Part shown: positions 20,501 through 31,300 of the stretch, piece by piece
Layout of the letters: every line of letters begins with the position of its first letter
Numbering within the stretch: position 1 is the first letter of the stretch
Assembly: GCA_963674785.1 (NCBI GenBank)
Contig: OY771555.1
Location: 736,001-800,000, forward strand
Direction: 5' to 3'
Length of the DNA: 64,000 nt
Origin: Caldisericia bacterium
GTDB lineage: Bacteria; Caldisericota; Caldisericia; JAAYUI01
Notes under the pieces: model-generated
Told to the model about the DNA's origin: nothing
The model's database searches: none
Seen by the model: the letters and a program-made list of their open reading frames with translations, nothing else
Position numbers and translations under genes: made by a program

Positions 20501-23500
20501 ATGGAGCCAGATGCAGATGTAAACTTCTCAGAGTTCAGAATGGTTGACCACGGTCTCCAGAACTCCTTGATCAATTACACAACTGGTGTCAACCCAATCT
20601 ATCCAATGGCACCTCCAGCTCCAAGAATCCAGGCATACTACAACCCAATTATCTATAACTACAATACAGAAGTTAGATCATACCCAGGTGGACAGACACA
20701 TACTGGTAGAATTATCGGTGGCGAAAGCGGACATTATTGGAACGCATATCCAGCAATCTGGGAAAACCAGTTTGTCAAACTTGGAACTGAGTTCCTTCCA
20801 CTTACTGACTATGGTATGTACTTCATTCTTATGAATGGTGAAGGAAACCATCTTGGTTATGGCAGAAGCCCAACACAGGAACCAGACCTTGCTCTCAGAT
20901 ATATGAAGATCACTGGTCCATTCATGAGACCAAAATTCTACAACGAGCAGACTCTTAACTGCATCCTTGGTGGAATGGATAGCCCATATTACGAATACAA
21001 TAACGTAATCGGTCTTCCAATTGCCTACGACTACAGCGGAGAGATTAACGTAAATAGCTCAAACTTCAGTTCATACTGTGATGCTTATGGAAGTGACTAT
21101 TCACAGGTTGGTCAGCCACTTTCATCATCAGATAGTGTTGTTTATGAAAATGCTAACACATGGCTTACCAACTGGAGAGACCTTTACTATGGTGGATTCT
21201 GGAGTGTTTCAAGAACCAACTTCAATTACCCAGTAGCAGATCCAGTGACTCCATGTTATCCATATGTTTGGGTATTTGATGAGCTTATTCCAATCGGCCC
21301 AGGTCAGATTGAAATTGAACTCCAGCTTTATAATGACATCAAGAAGGTTTACCAGGATTGCTGTGCTGCAGGACAGTCTGGAACAAAAGATGGAATTCCA
21401 GTACATGGTCTTAAGATTGAAGGCACACCACAGTTTGTAACCGTTCTTGAAGATAACGTTTTTGAGCTCACAGTTACCGAAGACTCTGGAAAAGGAATGA
21501 TCAACAATGGTGAGTGGCTCAACATCGAATGTAACGATGCAGTCCTCTTTGCATGGCAGGACAGAGGTATAGTCGATCCAGATTCAAACTATTGGTATGG
21601 TGCACTTGATGGAATCATCACCAACCCACCACAGTCCTCAACAGTATCCGGACAGGAAACTGCATATGACAAGATTTATGACAGAAACAACGATGGTCTC
21701 ATAAGATTCAATGATCGTGAAACAGAGATTGTTGGAACATATGATATGGCCACAAATACATGGCTCGGTGGAATGATTGATGCAAGAACATTCCAGAGAG
21801 AAAATGGTCAGTACAAGATTGAACTTACTGCTGAAAATGGTGGACTCATTGATGAAGTTGGAATCGATATTGGCGGACGTGATGAAAATAGAAGACCACT
21901 TCTTAGAAACCACGTAGACCATATCATTGATCAGTATGAGACATGCCCATTCAACATCACCGCTTACAAGTATGGTGATGACAATAACGATAGAGCATTT
22001 ACACCACTTCTTTATAACTGGTACTCACACGAAGTCTATCTTTCAGGACAGGTTTCAGTTCCAGTTGAACCAAGACGTGACCTTAACATTACATATAGCC
22101 CAGAACCACTCACAGCTGGTGTAATCCCAGAAAAAATTGGTGACCCACTTACATTCCACGTTACTGATTACAATGGTGACCCAGTTGACCTCTTCGCAAT
22201 TGGTCTCCCAGATGCACATGGTGATGCAGAGATTATCGAAACAGCAGTTCATGACATCCTCTTCAAAGATCCATTACCAGATGATGAATACTTCTATGGT
22301 GAAGGCGCAGTCATGCCTCAGTACTACTGGCTCAGAACCGACCTTCACAACGTTGAAGACGAAGAAGGAAAATTTAACTACAACTCAGCAATGTACTATC
22401 CAACCTTCCTTCCAATTGATTTCACACATGATTCTGAAAAAGGTGACTACACATTCAGAGGATTCATTGCAAACGATAAAGGTGAATTTGAAGTTTATGT
22501 CTATACACCAGACAGAAAACATTCAGGTGTTGTAACTGTTAAAGTTGCCTCACCAAAGGCTTCATATGAAGTTTCAAACAAGGATGAGCCAAACGCAATC
22601 TTTGATGTTCCATCAACAACAGGTGACCCAGACTTCGTGCTCACAGGTGGCGATAACAGAATCTACAACGTAACAGTAACATGTAGAAATGCTCAGGATG
22701 CACTTCTTAAGGGTGTCGCAAAAGGTGTAAGTGTCTGTTCAGGTGAAGGTGAAGATATTGCAAGATTTACTGTTGCAAACTCCATCCCACATAATTACCT
22801 TTGGGGATCAGTTTCATCATCTTCAACTGGTTACTCAGAGACCTATTATCATAACTATGCAGGAATCGATATTAATGATGATGGAAGTCTGACACAGCTT
22901 ACAATTGATCAGTCCGAATATGCTGAAATTAAATATCAGATTTACAGCAGCAATCCTGTTTACTATAACACTGCAAACACAAGATATACCGATCTTAACT
23001 ATGAAATTACTTCATGGGGTGGCTGGGGTGCTTGGTACCCAGGTAAATCTGATTATCTTCCAGCTCAGGCAAGCCGTGGATACAGTAAATTCATGGACTA
23101 CCAGAGAGGTTGGGGTAGAGGTTGTATCTATAATGATAAATATCATGGATCATATCTCTTCCCAGACTTCAATAGTGATAATATTCTCTCTTTCAGAGAC
23201 TCCTTCTCACTCAATGAACAGGGTAGAACAACATTCTTGTTCTACGCAAACGATGCTTGTTTCTTGACAGGTCTTGTTGGATACAATGATTATTGTAACG
23301 TAAATCAGTATGCTGACGTTGCCGGATATATGAACGTTCAGACAAGAATGGATCCGAACTACTCAAGATATAGATTCAACCCAACTTTCGGAATGGGTGC
23401 CACACCAGATGGTATCTATCAGCTTGACTGGGAAGCATGGCCAGATAAGAGTCTTGAGGTTGGAACACCAGACATTGAGATTATCAATCCTCTTACAGGT

Positions 23501-25111
23501 GAAGCCTGGAGAACAAATACAGATGAAGACGACGTGATTGCATTCGGTCACTACGATCTTACATACGGTATTAAAAATCATATGCTCGTTAAGGTTTACC
23601 CAGCAGACAGAAGAGACATCCCTGTGCATGGTTATATTCCTGAAGATCATCCATCATACTCAGAGCAGACATATGGTGACAGCCAGTACAACGAAAAAGC
23701 TGCGACAATCAGATTCTATTCACCAGAAAAAGATACTACTGAGGGTTGGCCAGCATTTGAACATCACGTAGTAGGAAGACTCACAATCGGAAAAGACGAT
23801 CCAAATGATCGTGAAGCAAACATCTATGTTGATCCAACTGGTACTGGTTCTGCAACAGCCGGTCTCTATATGAGAGAAAAGAGAGTTGCCGCACAGGAAG
23901 TCGGAACTAGCTACACACTTAATGCCGCACTTACAGTGTTCAACGTAATCAAGGGCATCGCAATTGAGCCAGAGGTTGGCGGAGCACTCAAGGTTGGCGT
24001 AGAGTCAACACTTAAGGTCAAGGTTGTTGTTGCTGGTGGAGCAGATGAACCAGTCGCAGGCATAAGCGTTAAACTTGATGACAAAGACGGAATTGTTACA
24101 GCTCAGACTGCAACAACAAACGATATGGGTATCGCAGAATTTAAGGTTACCCCAACAAAAGCTGGAAAAATTATCATCCGTGCAAGCTCAGATGTCTATG
24201 GCGAAGCAACCTCAGCAGTTGGCGTAGAAGTCGAAGTTATCCCACCAATGCTCATTATTGATTCACTTCCATCCACAACAAATGCTTCAAAGATCAAAGT
24301 CTCAGGTAAGACATCTGTTGGAGCCGAAGTTAAGATCGGTGCAAACAAAGTTAAGGTTGCAGATGATGGTACATTCAGCCATGAAGTTAACCTTGAAGAC
24401 GGTTATAACTCAATCGACATTACTGCAAGCAACACAGCAGGAATGTCAACATCACTCACCGTTGGAATCACAAGAGACTCCGTTGCACCAGAGATCATCC
24501 TTGATCAGGAAGATCCAAATGTCAAAGTCTTCGGACCAAATGTAACACTCACCGGTAAGGTTGAGCCATACTCCAAGGTTACTATCAACGGAAAAGAAGC
24601 AACAGTTGTTTATGACACATGGAGAGTTGAGCTTGAAAACATCGATGCTGGTGAACTTGAGCTTAAGGTAGAGGCTGTTGACCCAGCTGGCAACCAGAAC
24701 GAAAAGACATTTACAATTACAGTTTACGCAAGAAGAGTTATGGTTATTCAAGATGGTCACACAAACGTGACCGTCAACGATAACCCAGGAACACAGCTCA
24801 ACAGAGGACCAAAGGTAATTGGCGGCGTATTCTATGCACCACTTACAGTTTTCACCCAGTTCTTTGAAGAGAATACTCCAGTAATAAATGCTGGTACTGT
24901 AACTGCAACAATCGATGGAAAAGAATATGTTATGTCTGTTGATCAGAAGACATATACCGTTGATGGCGATGAGTTTACAATGACAAATGCACCTGTTGAT
25001 GAACTCGGTGAATTCTTTGTTGATGTTGAGTTCTTTGCCGGAATTCTAGGAATCGAAACTAATTGGGATCATGGTAGTGGAAAAATGACCCTGACAATGG
25101 AGATTGAATAG
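14537..25111 (+). CDS. Giant secreted surface protein, paralog 2 (3524 aa), with nidogen(NIDO)-like and nested beta-domain inserts
   Basis: Start moved to the ATG at 14537 after SD AAGGAGAGG; signal peptide. Same core motifs as paralog 1. IGFDFPFFGQIYNRLEIGWNGYVNFG NIDO-like signature. C-terminal Ig-like and stalk domains. Confidence 0.9.
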   Translation: MRRTIVMLVAVTMIMGIFAPVLGLANVNAAPNNEVIQGNEHATHIIAQWHQVGHDEYGDPLPGGKSFPWQHEGTSLNSYWGSEEYGMPNAILARASSGIARRVRQNNAASTVQPMLWTRVYLTVMADNGASRPIVDDRGDYKGVGLWYVVMDTAGQVWFDMDGHFHDGRYLATADPFSPYYQYEVDDSGNSYGSCLINPMAKVDPTEANNTQGPYQFSEETSTGEENELYVEPCYFWVRPNLINKVSSLDTNTTCDAYANHTLTGESRAWQLGILSRPDYLGQGISSPLGNVSDGLVRSGEWDVGQSTIPFLANELFADAFGNLNSAGPAPTNGTYDPGDPIYRDVDGSNSVTVGDIRLSNVTLGVPPAVTTFLGGTIVAAGDRDINTFGGATGWSNNLYSMPPGYVYCAAGTGDGTELEFRHLGNPTTNGEWSVITPAGTSFIAVEDASEITAGSTVRVGPNNLGQSQICVVTNVWNAPQAATMYNNYNSIGCNGYHRSWYDYYIQGFNVGDYVYFGSTNGGEMLRISALYYYGYMYHYTWGCSGSSSYTAVRYTREPQLNHDQYSYNGSSYWYAYGYDVMTRVEQGLLLDCVLGIDCAAGTPVVPVGYQPGDFVYMQLDPTANQIQEGDIRLSNVDVHRDIAGNVIGHGAWEFDALVMMEVLFADPNDPRYHGAVGNQDWKTYSNDPSYDLMDSDWNDIDHPYAHCMPTYDLTVESDFWQGERVWVDDPANPGSMISEWQGVIPSVTACALRSPNDDVDPAHHRIAKQTILGDEPDDFFIHSATIHGVTPDYREYLGLELFVDSDYDNNPIPNLPANNPVALDLHDNYQRGDVCSAYAGATSRAPDLDLWRDLSTIDDSKDYPKFIDLDNPAAIPNDPGMYGCNEPIYFDLDQDGTVSPGDRRGSDIDIRTGTVTEGSLDSFVAGTIVQPGDVDVGRILSRFLDPTPGLTYMQPVYKWYDIPHEISRLPSGSLDLGEPIYYDHPVLPDFPAGNQQTDPGDIRLSDVNVASAQYFCGETMGIGDVFTNEYPLYMISMGKNGDYNYIDFPVLPFPTMDVQIEVDRPLKVEQTSNVKITVNPPPKPGESIFVALRETKLEARQPVEQIDYYSMKNVEGEWLECSDLISPTYWNANATYGAGMYRENVNIGFDFPFFGQIYNRLEIGWNGYVNFGTQWYYYSSQYTYYGYSGSSYRYAVVRPLDYANSPPRVNALGGRWGWPPNTEVCYGQAIWPATGETVFVIHWKGVNYYNDADFEVEVILFQNGEVLIQFQSTACPTYFSDMNVGITNGNGDYYEWLEGGPCGFGDEANVLFSPGSIPAQPGRPALDIAEDDRWITEDNPEANFEFTPYRGTCLEDGTRQPVEINLYRDVGGVKDPAVVPRNPPPKTYLTYREPSYNVDEPYNGRVIAVQDVYGYLPGDWILVGNLRNTERRMITQIHTGTEGAYTEMIETNFNSSSTSNRSHILPVKSIDDFYVGNTLVVGWNTSPTQETHVITHVSRDIGYDNGTNPDFHWTRGAGNTSHPQGENVVIRLQDASGFVVGDFIGMGYYQWWPDDPQCSGRALYDVARIIDINGNEVTLNRTHQYWYSYNYYYYAHVRGIEVRDPLKYRHYDECDAQDGRAEQVLTTKFSFTLHRGLNYNHIFGEPVVGIVYFDPFWVDNKWERFDLDMYPTRQFSSILSPDTVSPDLDSGYDCFFRSKWNIEPEEIEIVKARDCISPLDQRYPNILLTLMDADNPNDVNDPADIPISCPAGVSGVDQTIIANVNVNGCGIDYLFTAGQASPNRFIVQVNDDGTYDWWRWYEPLVPTQIFGALDSNDWLYTWLDDDQGDDLLAPATRTPMPTHDNTYDLRLTDNDCSLGGGVCDPCNEGSKWPCLGDVTLYDAYGRFMNSLGDPYSNYPNPQNLPANYGNIENFGIPCVIDRWTLGSDGGQIMFPAKPFESGDLHVRVYTYQAVFDYNSSNVHWPGPYFVPDTSLGIDYCGYTTIKVMEPDADVNFSEFRMVDHGLQNSLINYTTGVNPIYPMAPPAPRIQAYYNPIIYNYNTEVRSYPGGQTHTGRIIGGESGHYWNAYPAIWENQFVKLGTEFLPLTDYGMYFILMNGEGNHLGYGRSPTQEPDLALRYMKITGPFMRPKFYNEQTLNCILGGMDSPYYEYNNVIGLPIAYDYSGEINVNSSNFSSYCDAYGSDYSQVGQPLSSSDSVVYENANTWLTNWRDLYYGGFWSVSRTNFNYPVADPVTPCYPYVWVFDELIPIGPGQIEIELQLYNDIKKVYQDCCAAGQSGTKDGIPVHGLKIEGTPQFVTVLEDNVFELTVTEDSGKGMINNGEWLNIECNDAVLFAWQDRGIVDPDSNYWYGALDGIITNPPQSSTVSGQETAYDKIYDRNNDGLIRFNDRETEIVGTYDMATNTWLGGMIDARTFQRENGQYKIELTAENGGLIDEVGIDIGGRDENRRPLLRNHVDHIIDQYETCPFNITAYKYGDDNNDRAFTPLLYNWYSHEVYLSGQVSVPVEPRRDLNITYSPEPLTAGVIPEKIGDPLTFHVTDYNGDPVDLFAIGLPDAHGDAEIIETAVHDILFKDPLPDDEYFYGEGAVMPQYYWLRTDLHNVEDEEGKFNYNSAMYYPTFLPIDFTHDSEKGDYTFRGFIANDKGEFEVYVYTPDRKHSGVVTVKVASPKASYEVSNKDEPNAIFDVPSTTGDPDFVLTGGDNRIYNVTVTCRNAQDALLKGVAKGVSVCSGEGEDIARFTVANSIPHNYLWGSVSSSSTGYSETYYHNYAGIDINDDGSLTQLTIDQSEYAEIKYQIYSSNPVYYNTANTRYTDLNYEITSWGGWGAWYPGKSDYLPAQASRGYSKFMDYQRGWGRGCIYNDKYHGSYLFPDFNSDNILSFRDSFSLNEQGRTTFLFYANDACFLTGLVGYNDYCNVNQYADVAGYMNVQTRMDPNYSRYRFNPTFGMGATPDGIYQLDWEAWPDKSLEVGTPDIEIINPLTGEAWRTNTDEDDVIAFGHYDLTYGIKNHMLVKVYPADRRDIPVHGYIPEDHPSYSEQTYGDSQYNEKAATIRFYSPEKDTTEGWPAFEHHVVGRLTIGKDDPNDREANIYVDPTGTGSATAGLYMREKRVAAQEVGTSYTLNAALTVFNVIKGIAIEPEVGGALKVGVESTLKVKVVVAGGADEPVAGISVKLDDKDGIVTAQTATTNDMGIAEFKVTPTKAGKIIIRASSDVYGEATSAVGVEVEVIPPMLIIDSLPSTTNASKIKVSGKTSVGAEVKIGANKVKVADDGTFSHEVNLEDGYNSIDITASNTAGMSTSLTVGITRDSVAPEIILDQEDPNVKVFGPNVTLTGKVEPYSKVTINGKEATVVYDTWRVELENIDAGELELKVEAVDPAGNQNEKTFTITVYARRVMVIQDGHTNVTVNDNPGTQLNRGPKVIGGVFYAPLTVFTQFFEENTPVINAGTVTATIDGKEYVMSVDQKTYTVDGDEFTMTNAPVDELGEFFVDVEFFAGILGIETNWDHGSGKMTLTMEIE

Positions 25112-25154
25112 GTATAATTGTTCGAATACGAATTTAGTTTGAAACTTTAAAAAG

Positions 25155-25213
25155 TTATCCTTTCGGGTGCGTGGATGAAACCCGCCCCGAAAGGCGAGAA
25201 AGAATTGATTTAT
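25155..25213 (+). promoter_or_regulatory. Conserved junction element copy 2: TTAT, hairpin, CGAGAAAGAATTGATTTAT
   Basis: Stem CCTTTCGGG/CCCGAAAGG with bulged extension (25159-25194). The 3' flank matches copy 1 at 17 of 19 nt. Confidence 0.75.
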
Positions 25214-25330
25214 AGTTGGTTTGATAAGCAAAAAAATGGACTTCATTACTAGATTTATATCGGTTGAAAAAAAGGTTGAAGTGGCCCAAGATTGGCCCCT
25301 TGGTGGCTTAAGTCTAAAAGGAGAGGTCAG

Positions 25331-28300
25331 ATGAAGAGAGTACTAAGTTTGCTCGTAGCAACAATGATGATTATTGGCATGTTTGCTGGTACATTTATTG
25401 GTGCAGAGTCTGTAAAAGCTGTTGACGATAGCAAGGTTAAAGATGTAACAATGATCGTTGCAAAATTTAACCGTGTTGGATATGACCGCTATGGCAGACC
25501 CCTGAACAATGGTAGAGATACCGAATACGAGGGTGTCATTGTAAATTCATCCACTGGAAGATTCACGGTTGATCCATCTTACACTGGATATCCAACTTAC
25601 GATGCCCTGGATGGAACATTCTTCCCATGGCAAAATGAAGGTGAAGACCTTTGGGGAAGCCCTCAGTACATGATGCCAAATTGCATTGATGCAATCCAGA
25701 ACCCTGGAAGTGGCTCCATAACTGCAGCTGTAAACCAGCAGTCAGATGCTTCATGGGCTGTTCTTCCATATCTCTACGCTGAAGTATATCTTACAGTTAA
25801 GGCAGAGGGCGGAGAAAGTCAGCTTTATGACAAAAGATACATTGTGATGGATGAACTCGGTCAGCTTTGGATAGACCCAGATGGAAGATTCCATGATTGT
25901 AGATATTGGGAACCAGCAAACCCCGAGTCTGTTTATTACAGAAGCTCAACTGTCTACTCTGGTGATGGCTCAATTGACTGGAATGACTGTGACACAAACC
26001 CAAAGATGATTGTTGACCCAAGTGGTGACAACAATACTCAGGGACCATACATCATGAATCCAGCATATAACCCAAATGACATGGAGTATCCTGTTCCAAA
26101 GTATCACGAGAGAGTTCATTACTGGTGGTATGATGAGGAAAAGGAAATCGATAGAGTTTGGCAGCTTGGTATTGCAGACCAGACTGATTATCTCAGAAAA
26201 GATGCAGTTTGTGCTGATGGATATCATTCATCATGGGGTGTTGTTGGTGGACCAAATGGTGTAACTCCAAATGGTTACTACCCAGGAAAGCCAGTTATCT
26301 GGAACACCGTGATCTCCGATGACGACACAATCAGATGGTGCCCAAATGATGCAAACATTCTTGGTAATGACTGGGATGTTGGTCTTGCACTCACAAACTT
26401 CTCTGGTGGTGAGTATCTCATTGACGTCGATGGAAACGGTACATACACATACGGCGAGCCAATCTTCTCTGATATTGATGGCAACCTTATGTTTAATGAT
26501 CTCGACCTCAGACTTACTGCTTGGACAATTGTTTGGGGTGGTCAGTCATTCAACTTCCGCAAAAACACACTCGTTGGTCTCACAGATGAAGACTATCAGT
26601 GGCAACTTGCAAACAACTATGCAATCATAGATCTTTCAACCCTTCCAACCGTAAAACATAGTGCATCTGGCGGAACAAGTTTCTATGACCAGGTTTATGA
26701 TGATGCTGATGGCGATGATATGGTTTCTCTCAATGACATCAGACTTACCCACATCAACGGAAGAGTCACTGGTATGGGAACCACATGTGGTGGATTCTTT
26801 ACTGGCGATGCAATTATCATGCTTGAGACCCTCAAGACAAGCTGTTCATATGAGTATAACATTCATGTAGAATCAGACCTTTGGCAGGTAATGCAGGAAG
26901 ATACATATGAATATGTTGAGATGTATCCTTCAATGACTGCAGCACAGTTTACTTCACCAAATGGTGACATTGTCAGAATGTCTCAGCTTGTAAACAAAGC
27001 AACTGCACTTGATGTCAACGGATCAAATTTCTATGTTCCAACAACAACCTTCTACAATGTTGCTCTCAAGTACAGAGAATATATTGGTCTCCAGCTTTTC
27101 CTCGACAATGGTGTTGACAATAACCGTGCTGAAGGTGGAGATTGCTTCCAGCTTTCACTCTCAGACGATCATACAAACTTTGAGGCTGGCGAGCTCTTCA
27201 TTGGCTGTCAGGACGTCGAAACTGCAATGGACTACGATCTCGACCTCACAGAATTCAACGAAGAGTTCCTTTACTTTGAAACATCCTATGATATGACAAA
27301 CCCACCTGCAGTTCTTGATGGTGTTCAGTATGGTTGTGGTGAGCCTTTCTACAGAGACATCAAAAAGCTTCCACTCAACCCAGCAATCCCATTCCAGCCA
27401 GATCCATTCGATGCTGGATTCAACCCAGGTGTTGTAAACCAGGGCGACCAGAGAATGATTGACATCGAAGTTTATTCAGATGTTGCAACTGGTGATGCCG
27501 GAACAATGATTACATACCCAGCAGGTTCATTTGTTGTTGCTGGTGACCTTGATGTTGGAAGACCAATTATCAAGATGGATCCTGGACTTGCATATTTCGA
27601 CGAATCAAACGGCTGCAACCCTCCAAATGCGAGGTACGATGTTGGCGAACTTATTTATTTTGATCCAGCACTCGCTGCAGGAGCAAGAGCAATCCAGATG
27701 GTTGCATGGGATGATATTGGTCCTCACCCATATGGTATTGAAGACTTTGACCCATCACCATACACAGATCCAGTTTCGGGTCTTCCAGTAAACAGATGGG
27801 ATACCGTTCGTCACGGTGGTAACACTCAGGCCAGACTTTATCCTGGAACCAACAATAACGGTGGTGGTTCATATGGTATGTCTGGATGGATGGGTGGTGT
27901 GGTTCCTGGTGCTGGTATGAACTGGTACTATCACCAAAGAGGTGGACTCAGCAGAAACGCTCCAAACACCTATCCAACAAGACCAGTAATTCACAATGCT
28001 GGTGTCTCTACAAACAACACTTATTGCTATTATGTTTATTATCCATGGGGATATGAGTATGGATATGAGTATTTACGTACATATCATACTCAGTGTGGTG
28101 ACCTCCTTGCTCTTCAGAACGTGAATTTCCTTGGTGACTGGAGACTTAGGATTTGGGAAGACACAGAGTATTACATGTCCTCCCTATATACCTGGTTAGG
28201 ATATGGACCACTCTCATGCGGACCATCCACATACAACGGTAGAAGATATGCGTATGAATATTTTACCAGCAGTCATTCCTCAGCACTTGTTTGGTATAGA

Positions 28301-31300
28301 GGACTTGACAGCGAAGGAAATGATGTTTGTACAAATGCCGGTGGAATTTGGGATAACTATCAGTTTAATTATGATGTAATGTGCAACAACAGAAGTATGT
28401 ATACTTCTTCTTCATACCCAAAAATTATCGGTATGGGTTGTGTATATATGGACCATGTTGGTAATGGTTATGGACAGGAATACTTCCATAGTCCATATGC
28501 CCAGACCACTTATGGATGGAATTCTGGTACAGACATGTCAGCGATGCATTTCCTTAGATGGGAAGGCGCAACTCACCCAGACACTGGTGGACCATACTCA
28601 AGAGCTTATTCAATCGCAATGTTCAACGCGCCTCTTTCAGGCGACCTCATGACGTATGATACTGAACATGAAGTACAAACGACTGTATTTTCTGGATTAT
28701 GGACGATTAACGCGGAATTCTGGCCAGAAGAGATTCAGGTGAACCTCTCAGGTGCACCAAATACATTTGGTTCAATTGGTTTCAACCACGAAACATCAAT
28801 GAACTACTACTCATACTACTATGTTGGTTACGATGCATATTTCGATAATGCAAGAGCTTATCACATCGAGCTTATCCCTTCAGCCGGAGACAGAAGAAGA
28901 CTTCTCCAGGGTGGACATCACATTGGTATGAATGATTATGTCTATAGACTCGATGATGCTGGCGAATACAACACATCATCAGCAACAGCATCAAACCTCA
29001 AACCATTTAGCTACTTCTACCCATGCGGCACAAAACTTGCTGCTGGCGAAATCTATGACGTTAAGTCAAAAGTTTCAATGGTTTCAATGGGCAAATGCGG
29101 AGATCCAAGATTTATGGATATCCCTGTACTTCCAGGTGAAGTTGACCTTAATGTTTCAATCGATGGAGTCCCACAGGATCCAGATGCAAAATGGCATCTT
29201 AAAGTTGAACAGACATCTGACATTCAGGTTTCAGTTGACCCACCACCACAGCCAGGTGAAAAGTATGTTGTCAAGCTCAATGGTGTATATCAGGAAGGAA
29301 TTCCTGCAAAAGAGGCTTATACTGATTACATCCAGACTCGTGAGACAAACACATTCACAGAGTATTGCACAGGACTCGTTCCAGAATACGCAATCGATAA
29401 GGATAGTGACTATAGCGGAACAGGTTGGCTTGACGACACATATGTGACTTCACTCTCACTTCCATTTGACTTCCCACTTTATAATACCGTTTTCCCTGCC
29501 GGAAACCCGCTTTATGTCTCAACAAACGGTTACATCGGTTTCCATGAGTCAAATACTATGGGTAGTATTCCATCCACATACAGTTGGATTGGTTGGTATT
29601 ACAATAATGATTACAGAGACTTCACACTTGTACCGCTTGGAAATGACCAGAACCTCTATTACAGTCCATCTCAGGGTAATGATAACCCAGATCTTCAGAT
29701 ATTCTATTGTCAGCCTTCAGCAGACGAAGTTCGAATCAGATGGCAAACACATGAATATAGTCCAGGTCCATCCGCTGTTTCTCCTCCGACTCTAAACTTT
29801 GCTTGTAGCATTAAGAGTGATGGAACAATCAGGTTCATGTATGGTGATTGTGCAGGCGGATATCAGTATCGTACTGCAGTTTGTGGTATCGCTGGTGATA
29901 TTTCAGGTTCAACAAATCATGATGAGTATCAAGAGGGTTACTATGATGGACTTACAAACCCTGCCTTCGATTACCTTGATGACCTTGTGTTTACAAGATT
30001 TGAGTTCCCAGCAGATCCAGGAAGAGCTGGTGGTGGAACAGTTGATGATAACTATATCATCTCAGAAAACGTTGAAACAGCTCACAGTGATGCAATTGGC
30101 GGTGCAAGATACAAAGTTGTTGAAATCACTCCAGAGGAGAGAGTTCAGCATATAACATACACACCATACAGAGGTTCAGTACAGGAAGACGGTTCCTGTG
30201 ACCCACTCAGAATCGAAGTCTTCCTTGAAAGAGGCGGAGTATCATATCCTGTTCCAGTAGATTCTGTACTTTCTGGTGTAAGAGAAGAAAGACCACTTGA
30301 AGAGTATGAAGATCAGGAAATCGGTCTTTATAATTACAATATCTACGATCCATACTGGGTTGTAAGACCTTGGACAATCAAGATGTACGAGGGTCGCTAT
30401 ATTGGTGATCATACTCCAAGACCAGTTGCCTCAACTTCAGGACTCATCAGCTCAACTTGTGCTCTTGATCATCAGTATGATTGTTATGGCAGATTTGACT
30501 TGATGGTTGAACCTGAGTGGATTGATATTAAGTATGCCGGTACCGGTAATACATGTATTTCACCAGTTGACCAGAGATTCCCAAATCTTATCCTTACAGT
30601 TTGGGATGCAGATAACCCACTTGACGTAAACGATCCAGAGGCTATCCCATTCTCAACCATTGGACTTCAGAGTGGTATCAGAGGCAAGATGGTTGCCAAT
30701 GTCAATGCTCATGGTGCAGGTATCAAATACCTCTGTACCGCACAGAGTCCAGATGATGATACAGCAAAATATATTATTCAGGTCAATGATGATGGTTCCT
30801 ACACATTCTGGAGATGGTATGAGCCAGCAGAAGATAGGCCAGGCGCAGCATGGGGCGCACTTGACCCAACAGACTGGTTATATTCAGGAAGAACCTATTT
30901 CAATGGTATCTATGGTGATATTGGAAGCACATTTACCGCTACAAGACAGCCATGGACTGATACGGATGGATGGCTTCAGGCATTTACCGGAAATGGAAAT
31001 CTAACAACTGAACTTGATGATTATGATTGTTCAATCGATAAAGGCATCTGTGATGTCTGTCATCTTGGCGCTGGATTCCCAAATCTTGGCGATATTACAA
31101 TCGAAGACAGAATGGGAAGATTCAATAACAGCGTCTATGACCGTGAACCTCCATTCTTCCAGGGCTACAGTGGTGCAAGATTCGGAAGAATCGTATCATT
31201 TGGTATCCCAACAATGGTGACAAATTGGGATAACACTTCTGATGGCGGAGAGATTTATATTCCAATTCAGCCAAAAAACACAAGCACAGATCTTCAGATT

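Noticed and set aside
16000-28900. Diversity-generating retroelement acting on the Tyr-rich segments
   Set aside because: No reverse transcriptase in the window, and I found no template/variable repeat pair differing only at adenines. A DGR acting in trans cannot be excluded.
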